Shown here piece by piece: positions 8,259-16,837 of a stretch of DNA of 34,642 nt. Origin of the DNA: Anaerolineae bacterium (GTDB lineage: Bacteria; Chloroflexota; Anaerolineae; SpSt-600). Both the position numbers and the translations under genes were made by a program. Each line of letters starts with the position of its first letter. The first letter of the stretch is position 1. The notes below the pieces were generated by a model, which saw nothing but the letters and a program-made list of their open reading frames with translations, was not told the origin of the DNA and searched no databases. The stretch is from the NCBI GenBank assembly GCA_028275425.1, contig JAPWUT010000001.1:1-34642 (forward strand), read 5' to 3'.

Positions 8259-10474
8259 TACCGGGCTCTTGCCTCCTTCAGGAGTTTGTAGACTTTTTCC
8301 TCTGTGGCCGGAAGTTCATCAACCCAAATCCCTACTGCATCGTGGATGGCGTTGATGATGGCCGGGGCAGTAGGCAAAGTGGTCATTTCCCCTATGCCTT
8401 TAGCCCCATACGGCCCAGCGGGGTCGGGAACTTCTACGATGATGGGGACAATTTCCGGAGGCATGTCCAGGACGGTAGGTATTGGGTATTCGCTCAAGCG
8501 GCGGGTGCGGGGGTAGCCGCCTTCGTGGATGAAGTGTTCCATGAGGGCATACCCTATGCCCATGTGGACCCCGCCTCCGATTTGGCCAATTATCATTTCG
8601 GGGTTGACGGCCTTGCCTACGTCGTGGGCAGCCCATATTTTCAGGACCGAGACTTGCCCTGTTTCGGTGTCTACTTCTACCAAAGCTATCTGGGTGCCCC
8701 AGCCGTAGCTGATGTGGGGGAAGCACTCTCCCGTTTCGGGGTGGTAAGGTGTGGTCGGCCGTTCAATTCGCCCTCGGTAGGTGTATTCTACTTCCACGGA
8801 GGTCTCGCCGGTTTCTGCCCTGAGGATTTCTTCCTTTCTGCGCAGGGCCAATTCGCAGGCTGCTTTTACTGCATTGCCGGAGATGTAGACGTGGCGGGAG
8901 GCAGAGGAACTTCCGGCATTAGGGACTTCGGCCGTATCCACTAAGGCAATCCGGACTTTTTGGATTGGGATACCCAGGGTGTGGGCAGCGATTTGAGCTA
9001 AAGCCGTATGCACCCCCTCACCTACCTCGGAGGTCCCGATTTTTACGATGGCCCGCGTTATCTCCCCCGATTCATCCCAAGAAAGCATTACCCTTGCGGT
9101 GGCTTTATCATCAAAGCCGAAGCTGTAGCCGACGTTTTTGAAAGCGCAAGCTACCCCAATTCCCCGCCGTTTATATGGCTCTTTGGGCTGCGGGATTTGA
9201 GGCTTTATCCAGCGTCCGTTCTCTTCCCGCCATCCGGCGGCCAGCGCCGCTTGGCGCAGGGTCTCCTTTATCCCCACTCCTGGCGGGAAAGTGGCCCCGG
9301 TAATGGTGGGCGAGCCGTCCTCCACCAAGTTCTTCATCCTTAACTCCACCGGGTCCATCCCCAAAGCTTCGGCCAACTTGTCCATTTGGATTTCGTAGGC
9401 GAAGGCGGGCTGAGGGGAGCCAAAGCCTCGCATCGCCATCGTCACGGCGTTGTTGGTGTAGACGGTGTAAGCATCAACCTTGACGTTTGGCCATACGTAG
9501 GGGCCAAGGGCGAAGCTGGCGGCATTGTTTAGGACGGGTATGCTGGTTGAGGCGTAGGCACCGGCATCGGAAATCATCTCCACTTCGCCAGCCACAAGTT
9601 TCCCATCTTTCTTGGCCCCCCATTTGTGGCGGATGTAGAAGGGGTGGCGCTTCCCAGTGCGCATCATCGTTTCTTCGCGTGTGAAGACCATTTTCACCGG
9701 CCTGCGCACCACGTAAGCACAGAGGGCCAATAGGTGCTGGATGTACATATCCTCCCTTCCCCCGAAGGCTCCCCCTACTGCCGGCACAATCTCCCTCAGT
9801 TTCTCAATCGGAATCTGGAGGAAGTGGGAAATCTGGTGCAGGTCATCGTGAGGCCATTGGGCAGCTGCAATCACCGTTATGCGTCCCTCTTCATCTATGT
9901 AGCCGATTCCAGCCTCGGGTTGGAGGTAGACATGCTCTACGTGAGGGGTTATGTAGTAACCTTCAACGATGACATCGGCCTCCTCAAAGGCCTTTTCCAC
10001 GTCCCCACGGCGTATCTTTATGTGGTGCAAGATGTTTGTGCCTTTTTCTTCGTGGACCAAGGGGGAGCCTGGCTTCATCGCTTCACGGGGGTCGGTTACG
10101 ACAGGTAAGGGCTCGTATTCAACCTTGACCTTTTTGCGTGCCTCTTCGGCTATTTCTTCCGTCTCAGCCACGACGATGGCTATGCGGTCGCCAAGCCATC
10201 GGACCTTGCCCCCTTCGGGGACTAAGACGGTTTGGTCGGGGGTGTGGATTCCGTACTCGTTGAGGGGTACGTCTTTGTAGGTTATGACTTTGACTACCCC
10301 AGGGGTGGCTTCGGCAGCGGAGGTGTCAATTCTCTTCACCCTGGCGTGTGGGTATTGGCTCCATACGACCTTGGCATAAAGTTGGCCGGGCATGTTGAAA
10401 TCTTGGGGGTAGCGTCTTGAGCCCTGGACTTTGGTCTTTATGTCAAGCCTTATGGTGTTTTCGCCCAGAGTCAT
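8258..10474 (-). CDS. Xanthine dehydrogenase/aldehyde oxidase family molybdopterin-binding large subunit
   Basis: An a/b-hammerhead N-terminus is followed by GGAFGGRED (family motif GGGFGGK-like), GEGVHTALAQIAAHTLGIP and C-terminal AKGIGEMTTLPTAPAIINAI. The start was set to ATG 10474 (MTLGEN..), which is preceded by AAGGAGG. The track start at 10498 would overlap the upstream gene. Confidence 0.85.
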   Translation of the reverse strand: MTLGENTIRLDIKTKVQGSRRYPQDFNMPGQLYAKVVWSQYPHARVKRIDTSAAEATPGVVKVITYKDVPLNEYGIHTPDQTVLVPEGGKVRWLGDRIAIVVAETEEIAEEARKKVKVEYEPLPVVTDPREAMKPGSPLVHEEKGTNILHHIKIRRGDVEKAFEEADVIVEGYYITPHVEHVYLQPEAGIGYIDEEGRITVIAAAQWPHDDLHQISHFLQIPIEKLREIVPAVGGAFGGREDMYIQHLLALCAYVVRRPVKMVFTREETMMRTGKRHPFYIRHKWGAKKDGKLVAGEVEMISDAGAYASTSIPVLNNAASFALGPYVWPNVKVDAYTVYTNNAVTMAMRGFGSPQPAFAYEIQMDKLAEALGMDPVELRMKNLVEDGSPTITGATFPPGVGIKETLRQAALAAGWREENGRWIKPQIPQPKEPYKRRGIGVACAFKNVGYSFGFDDKATARVMLSWDESGEITRAIVKIGTSEVGEGVHTALAQIAAHTLGIPIQKVRIALVDTAEVPNAGSSSASRHVYISGNAVKAACELALRRKEEILRAETGETSVEVEYTYRGRIERPTTPYHPETGECFPHISYGWGTQIALVEVDTETGQVSVLKIWAAHDVGKAVNPEMIIGQIGGGVHMGIGYALMEHFIHEGGYPRTRRLSEYPIPTVLDMPPEIVPIIVEVPDPAGPYGAKGIGEMTTLPTAPAIINAIHDAVGIWVDELPATEEKVYKLLKEARAR

Positions 10475-10485
10475 ATTGTGCCTCC

Positions 10486-13400
10486 TTAAGTTAGCCATGC
10501 TCCCAGCACACTTTCTTCGGGGGCCATGATTTGTTCATCGGTGTAATGCAGAAGCTGTATGGCCTTTGCCGGGCATTCGGCGGTGCAGGTTCCGCAACCT
10601 TGGCATTTGGCCGGGTCTATGAAGGCAGCCCCCTTTATTCCCCCGTTCCCGATGGCTTTGGGGTCTATGACCGGGATGTGGAAGGGGCAGATGCGCACGC
10701 AAGTCAAGCAGCCGACGCATTTGGATTGCTCTACTTGGGCTATGACCCCGCCTACCTTGATTTCTTCTTTGGTCAGGTAGGTTAAAGCTCGGGCGGCTGC
10801 GGCTTTGGCCTGAGCTATGGATTCTTCTATGAATTTGGGGTAGTGAGCCATCCCGGCCAGGAAAATCCCTTCGTTTATGAAATCCACCGGCCTCATCTTG
10901 AGGTGAGCTTCAAGGAAGAAGCCCTCAGGGGATAGAGGAACCCTCAGGATTCGGGCCAGCTTTTCGTTATCTTCAGAAGGCAAAATGCCGAGGGTTAGCG
11001 AGATTAGGTCGGGCTTGAGCACCAGGAGTTCACCCGTGCTTTGGTCCTTTACTTCTACCCGGAGTTCTCCGTAGACGACTTTAATGGTAGGGGCTTCCTC
11101 ATCGGTGTAGCGGATGAAGATTGTGCCCAGTTCCCGCGCTTTAGTGTAGTATTCTTCGCGGAAGCCGTAAGTGATTATGTCCTTGTAGAGGACGTAGACC
11201 TCGCAGGAGGGGTTTAGCTCTTTGAGGCGGATGGCGTTGGCCATGGTGTTGGTGCAGCAGATACGGCTGCAGTAATCGTATTTTGGGCTCCTCGGCCGAA
11301 CGCACTGGATTATCGCCACCGACCGGAGGTTCCTGACCCTCTCGGGGTGGTTGACTATGAGCTCTTCAAGCTCCAGCTGGTCCAATATTCTGGGGTCTTC
11401 CCCTTTGAGGTATTCTCTCCCCGAATACATCCTGGCCCCGGTAGCCACGATGGTGACCCCGTGCTCCAGTTCCACATCCTTGTATTTTGTGCGGATTAGG
11501 GAATGGAAGTCTCCTACGTGGCCGTAGTGGTTGATGAGCTCGGCTTCTTTGAAGACGTTGATAAGTGGGTGGTTTTCAACACGGTTGGTGAGGTCCCAGA
11601 GGAGGCGTCGTAGGTCTTTCCCTTCGGCGGTGAAGTGGATTTTCTGGAGGTAGCCGCCGAGGCGATTGCTCTTCTCCACAAGGTAGACTGGGAACCCGGC
11701 ATCGGCTATGGTCAGAGCGGCTACCATTCCTGCCAGCCCGCCCCCGATGACTAATGCTTTCTTTACTGGCTTTACGGAGAATTTTTGCAGGGCTTGCAGG
11801 CGGGCAGCTCTGGCTACTCCAACCCTTAAAGCCTCCATGGCCTTGCGGGTTGCCCCTTCCCTATCGTGAAGGTGGGGCCAGGCGCTGTGTTCCCTTATGT
11901 TCACCAGTTCCAAGTAGTAGGGATTGAGGGAAGCGCGCCTCAGGACTTTCTGGAAAAGCGGTTCGTGTGTGCGTTGGCTGCAGGCCGCTACTACTACTCT
12001 GTTAAGGCCGTGTTCGGTGATTGCTCGGCTGATTTGCTCTTGCCCCTCTGGGAAGCAGGCCAAGTTTACTTGCTGGACATGGACAACCCTGGGCAAGGCT
12101 TTGGCTTTCTGGGCGATAGTTTCCAAGTCAATGCTTTGGCTTATTTCTCCCCCACACCGGCAGAGGAATACCCCAATCCTTGGCTCCTCCCTTGATACAT
12201 CCCTTTCTGGCGGGAACTTCTCTTCACGGTCTAGGGAACCGAGTTTGTCCTTAAGCAAAAGCATCGCTTCTGCAGCTGCTCCGCTGGCTTCGTATAGGGT
12301 TTCAGCTATCTCCTTGGGGGAAGCGAAGGAGCCGCATACGTAAATGCCAGGACGCGATGTCTGCAAGGGGCCAAATTTATCGGTCCAGCAGAAGCCGTAT
12401 TGGTTCAAATCAATACCCAAGATTTCGGCTACCTGGCGGGTGCTTAAGGGTGGCTCCACCCCAACCGATAGGACAACCATGTCAAATTCTTCTTCAACGA
12501 TGTGGCCATCGTCGGTAGCATAGCGCAGGGTTAGGTTGTGAGTGGTTGGGTCTTCGGTGATGGAAGAGACACGTGAGCGAATGTATTCAACGCTGTAGAG
12601 TTCTTTGGAGCGGAGGTAGTAGGCGTTGTATTCTTTGTTGAAAGCCCTTTCATCCATGATGAAGATTTTAGCCTCAACACCCGGGATACGTTGCTTGGCC
12701 AGGACGGCTTCCTTGGTGGAATACATGCAGCAGATTGAAGAGCAGTAGGGATGCTCTTGGTCCCGCGAGCCTATGCACTGAAGCCAAGCAATCTTGCGCG
12801 GTGTAGTGCCATCAGATGGTCGGACTACGATTCCCTCGGTGGGGCCGGAGCGGCTGGCCAGCCTTTCGTACTCCATGCTGGTTATGACGTTGGGGTAGCG
12901 GCCGTAGCCGTACTCTTCGTACCGGCGGGGGTTGAAAAGCCGGTAGCCCATCGCCAGGACTATTGCCCCAACGTTTACCTTCTCTTCCCGAGGCTCCTCT
13001 TTCAGGTTTATGGCCTTAGTGGGGCAGACTTTCTCGCAGCGGCGGCAGGTTTCGCAGAAGTCGGTCTTTTCAATCATGTAAGCGTCGGGGATAGCCCTTG
13101 GGGAACTTTTGTAAGCGAGTTTGCGCATTGCCAAGCCCATTTGGAAGCGGCTTGGCTTCTCCACAGGGCATATCTGAGCGCAGCGGTCGCAGTTAATGCA
13201 AAGGTCAGGATTAACGTATCTTGGATTGACCCTTAGGGTTACGGTGAAATTGCCGGCCTCCCCTTCAAGGCCGACGATTTCGGTATTGACGAAGAGGTGT
13301 ATATTAGGGTGGCGGCTGTAATCCATGAGGGCGGGGGAAATGGTAGGGCGGGTGCAGCCTGGGCCGTGCTCGGCCGTGCCCCGGCAGAGGACGCAGTCAT

Positions 13401-13563
13401 GGGTTGGGAACATGAAGCCCAACTGGGCCACGATTCCACCCAGCCATGGGGTTGATTCCACCAAGTAAACTTCCAATCCAGCATCGGCCACATCCAGAGC
13501 GGCTCTCATCCCCCCTACGCCGCCTCCCAGCACAAGAACGGAGCTCTTCCTTTCGTTCGCCAT
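10486..13563 (-). CDS. Double HdrA-like FAD/Fe-S flavoprotein (tandem heterodisulfide-reductase-A modules; BamE-like architecture)
   Basis: 1025 aa. There are two Rossmann GxGxxG blocks (VLVLGGGVGGMRAALDVADAG; ALVIGGGLAGMVAALTIADAG) and HdrA-type FPTHDCVLC, CSSICCMYS and CSRICCTNT. An internal HdrA N-domain-like segment is present (IGVFLCRCGGEIS..NPYYLELVNIREH). Four ferredoxin CxxCxxCxxxCP motifs are present. Confidence 0.8.
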   Translation of the reverse strand: MANERKSSVLVLGGGVGGMRAALDVADAGLEVYLVESTPWLGGIVAQLGFMFPTHDCVLCRGTAEHGPGCTRPTISPALMDYSRHPNIHLFVNTEIVGLEGEAGNFTVTLRVNPRYVNPDLCINCDRCAQICPVEKPSRFQMGLAMRKLAYKSSPRAIPDAYMIEKTDFCETCRRCEKVCPTKAINLKEEPREEKVNVGAIVLAMGYRLFNPRRYEEYGYGRYPNVITSMEYERLASRSGPTEGIVVRPSDGTTPRKIAWLQCIGSRDQEHPYCSSICCMYSTKEAVLAKQRIPGVEAKIFIMDERAFNKEYNAYYLRSKELYSVEYIRSRVSSITEDPTTHNLTLRYATDDGHIVEEEFDMVVLSVGVEPPLSTRQVAEILGIDLNQYGFCWTDKFGPLQTSRPGIYVCGSFASPKEIAETLYEASGAAAEAMLLLKDKLGSLDREEKFPPERDVSREEPRIGVFLCRCGGEISQSIDLETIAQKAKALPRVVHVQQVNLACFPEGQEQISRAITEHGLNRVVVAACSQRTHEPLFQKVLRRASLNPYYLELVNIREHSAWPHLHDREGATRKAMEALRVGVARAARLQALQKFSVKPVKKALVIGGGLAGMVAALTIADAGFPVYLVEKSNRLGGYLQKIHFTAEGKDLRRLLWDLTNRVENHPLINVFKEAELINHYGHVGDFHSLIRTKYKDVELEHGVTIVATGARMYSGREYLKGEDPRILDQLELEELIVNHPERVRNLRSVAIIQCVRPRSPKYDYCSRICCTNTMANAIRLKELNPSCEVYVLYKDIITYGFREEYYTKARELGTIFIRYTDEEAPTIKVVYGELRVEVKDQSTGELLVLKPDLISLTLGILPSEDNEKLARILRVPLSPEGFFLEAHLKMRPVDFINEGIFLAGMAHYPKFIEESIAQAKAAAARALTYLTKEEIKVGGVIAQVEQSKCVGCLTCVRICPFHIPVIDPKAIGNGGIKGAAFIDPAKCQGCGTCTAECPAKAIQLLHYTDEQIMAPEESVLGAWLT

Positions 13564-13603
13564 AGGCCCAACTCCTCGGTTTTTTGTTAACCCCGGGGTT
13601 GGA

Positions 13604-13631
13604 ATTATACCTTAAATTGGCAAAAAATCAA
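13604..13631 (-). promoter_or_regulatory. Putative sigma70 promoter of the minus-strand hdrA-like operon
   Basis: The minus strand reads TTGATT, a 16-nt spacer, then TATAAT. A perfect 12-bp palindrome AACCCCGGGGTT (13589-13600) and the RBS GAGGAG follow. Confidence 0.5.
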
Positions 13632-13677
13632 GGGGCGGAAGCACTTGGGGTATGGGCCAGAATTTCACACCGACCCT

Positions 13678-13705
13678 TTGACAAAGCCCGACGGTGGTGT
13701 ATAAT
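13678..13705 (+). promoter_or_regulatory. Putative sigma70 promoter of the gcvH-like/lplA/hdrCBA operon
   Basis: Consensus TTGACA (13678-13683), a 16-nt spacer, then consensus TATAAT (13700-13705), about 35 nt upstream of ATG 13741. RBS GGGGGGAAAG. Confidence 0.6.
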
Positions 13706-13740
13706 AAAGCCCGCTTGGACTAAGATAAGGGGGGAAAGCC

Positions 13741-14181
13741 ATGCAGATAGCAGGATTTGATTTCCCCGATGACCTTTACTACGATTCTAAGCACAGCTGG
13801 GGCCGCGTGGAAGGGAATATAGTCACCCAAGGCCTCACCGATTTCGGCCAGAAGCTGGCAAAGGAAATCGTTTACGTGGAAATACCGCCCGTCGGCAAGG
13901 CTGTGACCCAAGGGCAAACCTTCATGTCCATTGAGTCCGGCAAGTGGGTTGGGCGAATCCCGGCCATCGTCAGCGGTAAAATCGTGGCCGTTAACGAGGA
14001 GCTGGAGTGGGAGCCTGCACTCATAAACAAGTCGCCATTTGACCAAGGCTGGCTCGTGAAGATTGAGATGTCCAACCCGGCCGAGCTCGCCAACCTGATG
14101 CGGGCCGATTCCCCCGAATTCAAGGCCTTTATTGAAGCCGAGGCCGAAAAATACAAAGCGGTCCTCAAAGGGGGCAAGTGA
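13741..14181 (+). CDS. gcvH: GcvH-family lipoyl-carrier protein (H-protein-like)
   Basis: ..PPVGKAVTQGQTFMSIESGKWVGRIPAIVSGKIVAVNEEL.. aligns with the canonical H-protein lipoyl-lysine block (..ESVKA..P.SG.IVAVN..). No gcvT or gcvP is present in the window. Confidence 0.85.
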   Translation: MQIAGFDFPDDLYYDSKHSWGRVEGNIVTQGLTDFGQKLAKEIVYVEIPPVGKAVTQGQTFMSIESGKWVGRIPAIVSGKIVAVNEELEWEPALINKSPFDQGWLVKIEMSNPAELANLMRADSPEFKAFIEAEAEKYKAVLKGGK

Positions 14182-15221
14182 TGAAGCTGTATCGCCTTGG
14201 AACTGTACCCTGGCATTACTCCCAACTGCTTTACCATGCTCTCCCCAGGCTTAAGCGCGAAGGACTAATCTTATGCTCCCCCGCTTCCCCCTACGTCTGC
14301 ATCGGCTATTTCCAGGATGCGGAGCAAGAGGTGGACCTGGCTTACTGTAGGGAGCATGGCATCCCTGTCTTCCGGCGCGAGGTAGGGGGAGGGGCCGTTT
14401 ACTTGGATGGGGATCAGCTCTTCTGGCAGCTGGTGATTCGCAAGGATAACCCCTTGATTCCAGCAAGCTGGGAGGAATTCTACCGTCGCTTCCTCCAGGC
14501 CCCAATCGCTGCCTACAGGGCCATAGGCATCCCCGCCCAATACAAGCCCATAAATGACATAATCGCTAACAACCGCAAAATCTCGGGCACAGGGGTGGCC
14601 GAAATCGGCGATTTCGTGGTCTTTGTCGGCAACTTAATCGTTGACTTCAACTACGAGATGATGGTGCGGGTCCTCAAAGTGCCCGATGAGAAGTTCCGGG
14701 ACAAGGTCTACAAGACCCTCCAGGATAACCTTAGCACCATCAAGCGAGAGCTTGGGTATAGCCCTCCGAGGGATGAGCTTTGGGGGCTTTTGGCGGAGAA
14801 GTTTTCCGAGATTTTGGGGCCGATGGAGGAGGAAACGAGGATTGACCCCGATTGGAAAGCGGAAGCAGACCGCTTAGGGGAGATAATGCTGAGTGAGGAG
14901 TGGCTCTTCCTCCGCCGAAGCCCAAAGATTGAGCGAGGAGTTACCATCCGAGCAGGGGTTGAAGTTCGGCAGAGGGCTTACAAGGCCCCCGGAGGCCTCA
15001 TCCGGGCTACGATGGAAGTGAAAGAGGGGGTCATTGCCGATGTTTCCATCTCCGGCGATTTCTTCTTCTATCCGGCCGATCGGCTGGCCGAGCTGGAGCG
15101 GGCCCTGGTTGGCGTGCGGGTAGAGGAAGTGGAGGAGGTCATCGCTCGCTTCTACGTCGAGCACGGTGTAGAAAGCCCTGGCGTGACCCCTGCCGATTTT
15201 GCCATTGCCCTTAGCGGGTAA
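14181..15221 (+). CDS. lplA: Lipoate-protein ligase (LplA/BPL_LplA_LipB family)
   Basis: Contains RREVGGGAVYLDGDQL and NRKISGTG (the catalytic Lys block of LplA-type ligases). ATG 14181 overlaps the gcvH-like stop by 1 nt (TGATG). Confidence 0.8.
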   Translation: MKLYRLGTVPWHYSQLLYHALPRLKREGLILCSPASPYVCIGYFQDAEQEVDLAYCREHGIPVFRREVGGGAVYLDGDQLFWQLVIRKDNPLIPASWEEFYRRFLQAPIAAYRAIGIPAQYKPINDIIANNRKISGTGVAEIGDFVVFVGNLIVDFNYEMMVRVLKVPDEKFRDKVYKTLQDNLSTIKRELGYSPPRDELWGLLAEKFSEILGPMEEETRIDPDWKAEADRLGEIMLSEEWLFLRRSPKIERGVTIRAGVEVRQRAYKAPGGLIRATMEVKEGVIADVSISGDFFFYPADRLAELERALVGVRVEEVEEVIARFYVEHGVESPGVTPADFAIALSG

Positions 15222-15232
15222 GGAGGTGATGG

Positions 15233-15811
15233 ATGGCAGCTATTACTGAAGCTTTGGACCTTGGCCAATTGGACCGGAGCCTGGCTCAACGGGTAAGTCC
15301 TGGCCGGTGGGAAAAGATTCTCTCCTGTATTCAGTGCGGGACTTGCTCTGCTTCCTGCCCTGCAGCGCATGCAATGGACATTTCTCCTCGCCAGATGTGG
15401 CGAATGGTCCAATTGGGTATGACTGAAGAAGTGCTCCGTTCCAAAAGCATTTGGCTTTGCAGCTTATGCTACACTTGTCATGTCCGCTGCCCGCGCGGTA
15501 TTCCGCTTACGGAAACCATCGTCCGTTTGAAGGAATTGGCGATGGAAAGGGGAATCGTCTCCTCTCCCCAGAGTGAAGCTTTCTACCGAGCCTTTGCCGA
15601 GGTGATGCGTCGCTACGGGCGGTTGCGGGAGGTGGAGTTTATGGCCCGCTATTTCTTAGCTTCCAATCCTTTGGCTGCGCTGGGTTTTGCTCGCCTGGGT
15701 CTGACAATGCTGGCCCGGGGCAAAATCCGCCCGGAATTGCCTCGGCTGGGTGGAGAGGGCCGGTTGGACCGCCTCTTCGCGCGGGTGGCTGAGCTGGAGG
15801 AGAAAAGATGA
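15233..15811 (+). CDS. hdrC: Heterodisulfide reductase subunit C-like (4Fe-4S dicluster protein)
   Basis: Two cluster motifs, CIQCGTCSASCP and CSLCYTCHVRCP, sit in the HdrC-typical helical context. RBS AAGGAGGTG. Confidence 0.8.
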   Translation: MAAITEALDLGQLDRSLAQRVSPGRWEKILSCIQCGTCSASCPAAHAMDISPRQMWRMVQLGMTEEVLRSKSIWLCSLCYTCHVRCPRGIPLTETIVRLKELAMERGIVSSPQSEAFYRAFAEVMRRYGRLREVEFMARYFLASNPLAALGFARLGLTMLARGKIRPELPRLGGEGRLDRLFARVAELEEKR

Positions 15812-16656
15812 GGTACATCTTTTATCCCGGTTGCTCTCAGGAGGGCACGGCTTTGGAGTACCGGGATTCCACTTTGGCGGTGCTCCAAGCCTTGGGCGCC
15901 GATGTCCAGGAGCTGGAGGGCTGGACTTGCTGTGGGGCCAGCGTCGCTTCGGTTATGAGCGAGTTGCTGGGCTTTGTCCTCCCGGCCCGTAACCTGGCCC
16001 TGGCCGAAAAACAGGCCAACGGTCGGGACTTGCTCACGGTTTGCAGTGCCTGTTATACCAACTTCCGCCGGACCTTTGCCACCCTGGCTGCCAACCGTCA
16101 ACTTCACCAGAAGGTCAACCAGGCCCTGGAACTAGAGGGTCTGGCTTACCAAGGGACATTAACAGCCCGCCATATTTTGGATGTTTTGGCCAACGATTTC
16201 GGGCCGGAGGCAATTCGGGCGCGCGTGAAGAAGCCGCTGGAAGGGCTTACCGTTGCCCCTTACTACGGTTGCCAGACCGTCCGCCCATATAGCCCGTTTG
16301 ACGATGGGCAGCGCCCTACCTCCATGCTACCTTTGTTAGAAGCGCTGGGGGTCAAGGTCCACCGCCATTCCCGTGAAGCTTCCTGCTGTGGGACTTCGCT
16401 ACTTATGACTAAGCCGGAAGTGGGCCTGACCATGGTTGGCTCAGTACTGGAGGCTTGCGAGGGTGCCGACTGCATCGTGACTGTTTGCCCAATGTGCCAT
16501 ATGAATTTGGACGCTTATCAGGACAAAGTATCACGATTGTTGGGGCGGAAAGTGCAGATTCCTGTCCTTTATCTGCCCCAACTAATAGGCTTGGCTTTGG
16601 GTTTGCCAGAAGAAAAGCTGGGCTTGCGACGGCACATCACGCCGGTGAAGTTTTAA
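15808..16656 (+). CDS. hdrB: Heterodisulfide reductase subunit B-like (two CCG domains)
   Basis: Two CCG-domain signatures (..GWTCCGAS.., ..EASCCGTS..) with the accompanying Cys residues (YPGC, VCSAC, YYGC, CPMC). ATGA overlap with hdrC. Confidence 0.85.
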   Translation: MRYIFYPGCSQEGTALEYRDSTLAVLQALGADVQELEGWTCCGASVASVMSELLGFVLPARNLALAEKQANGRDLLTVCSACYTNFRRTFATLAANRQLHQKVNQALELEGLAYQGTLTARHILDVLANDFGPEAIRARVKKPLEGLTVAPYYGCQTVRPYSPFDDGQRPTSMLPLLEALGVKVHRHSREASCCGTSLLMTKPEVGLTMVGSVLEACEGADCIVTVCPMCHMNLDAYQDKVSRLLGRKVQIPVLYLPQLIGLALGLPEEKLGLRRHITPVKF

Positions 16657-16813
16657 CCGCAAAGAGCGCAAAGGATGCAAAGGTGTTTTAATTTGTCTAA
16701 CCAAATCATAGGCGCGGCGCTTGAGGTCCATCACCAGCTGGGGCCGGGTTTACTGGAATCGGCTTATTTAACGTTCAATAAAAAAATTTGCGCCCTTTGC
16801 GTCCTTTGCGGTT
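16655..16813. mobile_element. MITE-like 159-bp insertion: 27-bp imperfect inverted repeats built from GCAAAGG-type units, enclosing a GxxExxY-gene remnant
   Basis: The left arm AACCGCAAAGAGCGCAAAGGATGCAAA and the reverse complement of the right arm (16787-16813) AACCGCAAAGGACGCAAAGGGCGCAAA match at 23 of 27 positions. It occupies nearly the whole hdrB-hdrA intergenic space. Confidence 0.55.
16699..16770 (+). pseudogene. Remnant (24 codons) of a GxxExxY / PDDEXK_3-family gene
   Basis: Translates as NQIIGAALEVHHQLGPGLLESAYL. This matches the conserved N-terminal block of GxxExxY proteins (..IIGAAIEVHR.LGPGLLESVYE..) from memory. It has no start codon and is truncated right after the motif. Confidence 0.55.
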
Positions 16814-16837
16814 TAATTCCCAAAAGGAGTTAGTCCT

